Notes under the pieces: generated by a model
Told to the model about the DNA's origin: nothing
Database searches by the model: none
Seen by the model: the letters and a program-made list of their open reading frames with translations, nothing else
Made by a program: the position numbers and the translations under genes
Shown: one piece after another, positions 31,590-32,000 of the stretch
How positions within the stretch are numbered: the first letter of the stretch is position 1
Layout of the letters: each line of letters begins with the position of its first letter
Source of the DNA: Pyrodictium occultum
GTDB lineage: Archaea; Thermoproteota; Thermoprotei_A; Sulfolobales; Pyrodictiaceae
Assembly (NCBI RefSeq): GCF_001462395.1
Contig: NZ_LNTB01000001.1
Coordinates: forward strand, 90,001 to 122,000
Length of the DNA: 32,000 bases
Direction of reading: 5' to 3'

Positions 31590-32000
31590 ATGGGTGACCC
31601 GAAGAAGCCGCGTAAGAAGTGGATGGGGCCTAAACACCCCTGGATCAAGGAGCGCCTGGTCCGCGAGATAGAGCTGATGGGCAAGTATGGGCTCCGTAAC
31701 AAGAGGGAGCTGTGGAAGCTAGAGACGCTAGCTAGGTACTTCAGGCACCGCGCACGCGGTCTTCTGGCCCTGCCGCCGGAGGTTCGCGAGAAGGAGGAGA
31801 AGGCCCTCCTATCCCGCCTCCACGAGCTGGGCGTGCTGCCTGAGAACGCTACGCTTGACGACGTGCTCGGACTTACGGCGGAGCACTTCCTCGAGAGGAG
31901 GCTCCAGACCATAGTATATAAGAAGGGGCTCGCACGCTCAATACATGAGGCGCGCCAGCTTATAGTACATGGCCACATAGCCATAGCAGGCCGTAGGATA
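31590..32000 (+). CDS. rps4: 30S ribosomal protein uS4 (S4P), 3'-truncated by the window edge
   Basis: ATG 31590 begins [23 protein letters not shown]...[34 protein letters not shown], the canonical archaeal uS4 N-terminus and S4 domain. There is no stop codon before 32000. Confidence 0.9.
   Translation, partial: MGDPKKPRKKWMGPKHPWIKERLVREIELMGKYGLRNKRELWKLETLARYFRHRARGLLALPPEVREKEEKALLSRLHELGVLPENATLDDVLGLTAEHFLERRLQTIVYKKGLARSIHEARQLIVHGHIAIAGRRI

Noticed and set aside
31415-31984. 189-aa minus-strand ORF
   Set aside because: It is antisense to the unmistakable uS13 and uS4 genes.
1-32000. Scan for CRISPR arrays, rRNA genes, IS elements or transposases, and toxin-antitoxin pairs
   Set aside because: I saw no regularly spaced direct repeats, no rRNA-like conserved stretches, no transposase or integrase motifs and no small paired ORFs of TA type. 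The only repeats are the tRNA-Leu pair and short hairpins.

Overview
This is a densely coded archaeal chromosome segment, GC-rich by eye (mid-50s %). Archaeal hallmarks include AT-rich TATA-type boxes in GC-rich spacers, oligo-T tracts after stop codons, an intron-containing tRNA, an archaeal-type PEP carboxylase, an AMP phosphorylase and a uS13-uS4 ribosomal operon. AGG/ATA-heavy codon use, Arg/Ala/Leu/Glu-rich proteins and very GC-rich tRNA stems point to a hyperthermophilic crenarchaeon, probably Desulfurococcales-like. A 124-aa superoxide reductase with E23-T24-H25 instead of E-K-H matches what I remember for Ignicoccus hospitalis, but I cannot verify this without a search. I call about 33 protein genes and six tRNAs: Val-UAC, Ser-CGA with a ~41-nt intron, Leu-GAG, Leu-UAA, Gly-UCC and Phe-GAA, all with genomically encoded CCA. 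I also call three candidate C/D-box sRNAs in otherwise empty spacers, plus several oligo-T terminators and TATA boxes. I see no rRNA, CRISPR array, transposase or integrase. The most interesting items are: (1) An orphan operon at 4017-8972 encodes a 901-aa ORC/Cdc6-like P-loop ATPase with a ~650-aa helical tail. It is translationally coupled to a 375-aa all-helical partner and followed by a small protein and a Trbp111-type tRNA-binding-domain protein. (2) A minus-strand operon at 24380-30158 runs DUF485, ActP-like symporter, cNMP/CBS/DUF294 nucleotidyltransferase, DEDDh exonuclease and a HerA/DUF87-like ATPase, ending against a tRNA-Leu gene. (3) The uS13 gene has a conserved N-terminus reachable only from a CUG codon, which sits behind a strong Shine-Dalgarno. 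(4) A signal-peptide-bearing, ATPase-less Lon (S16) protease carries a Thr-rich stalk and a C-terminal anchor. (5) Twin tRNA-Leu genes differ essentially only in the anticodon.
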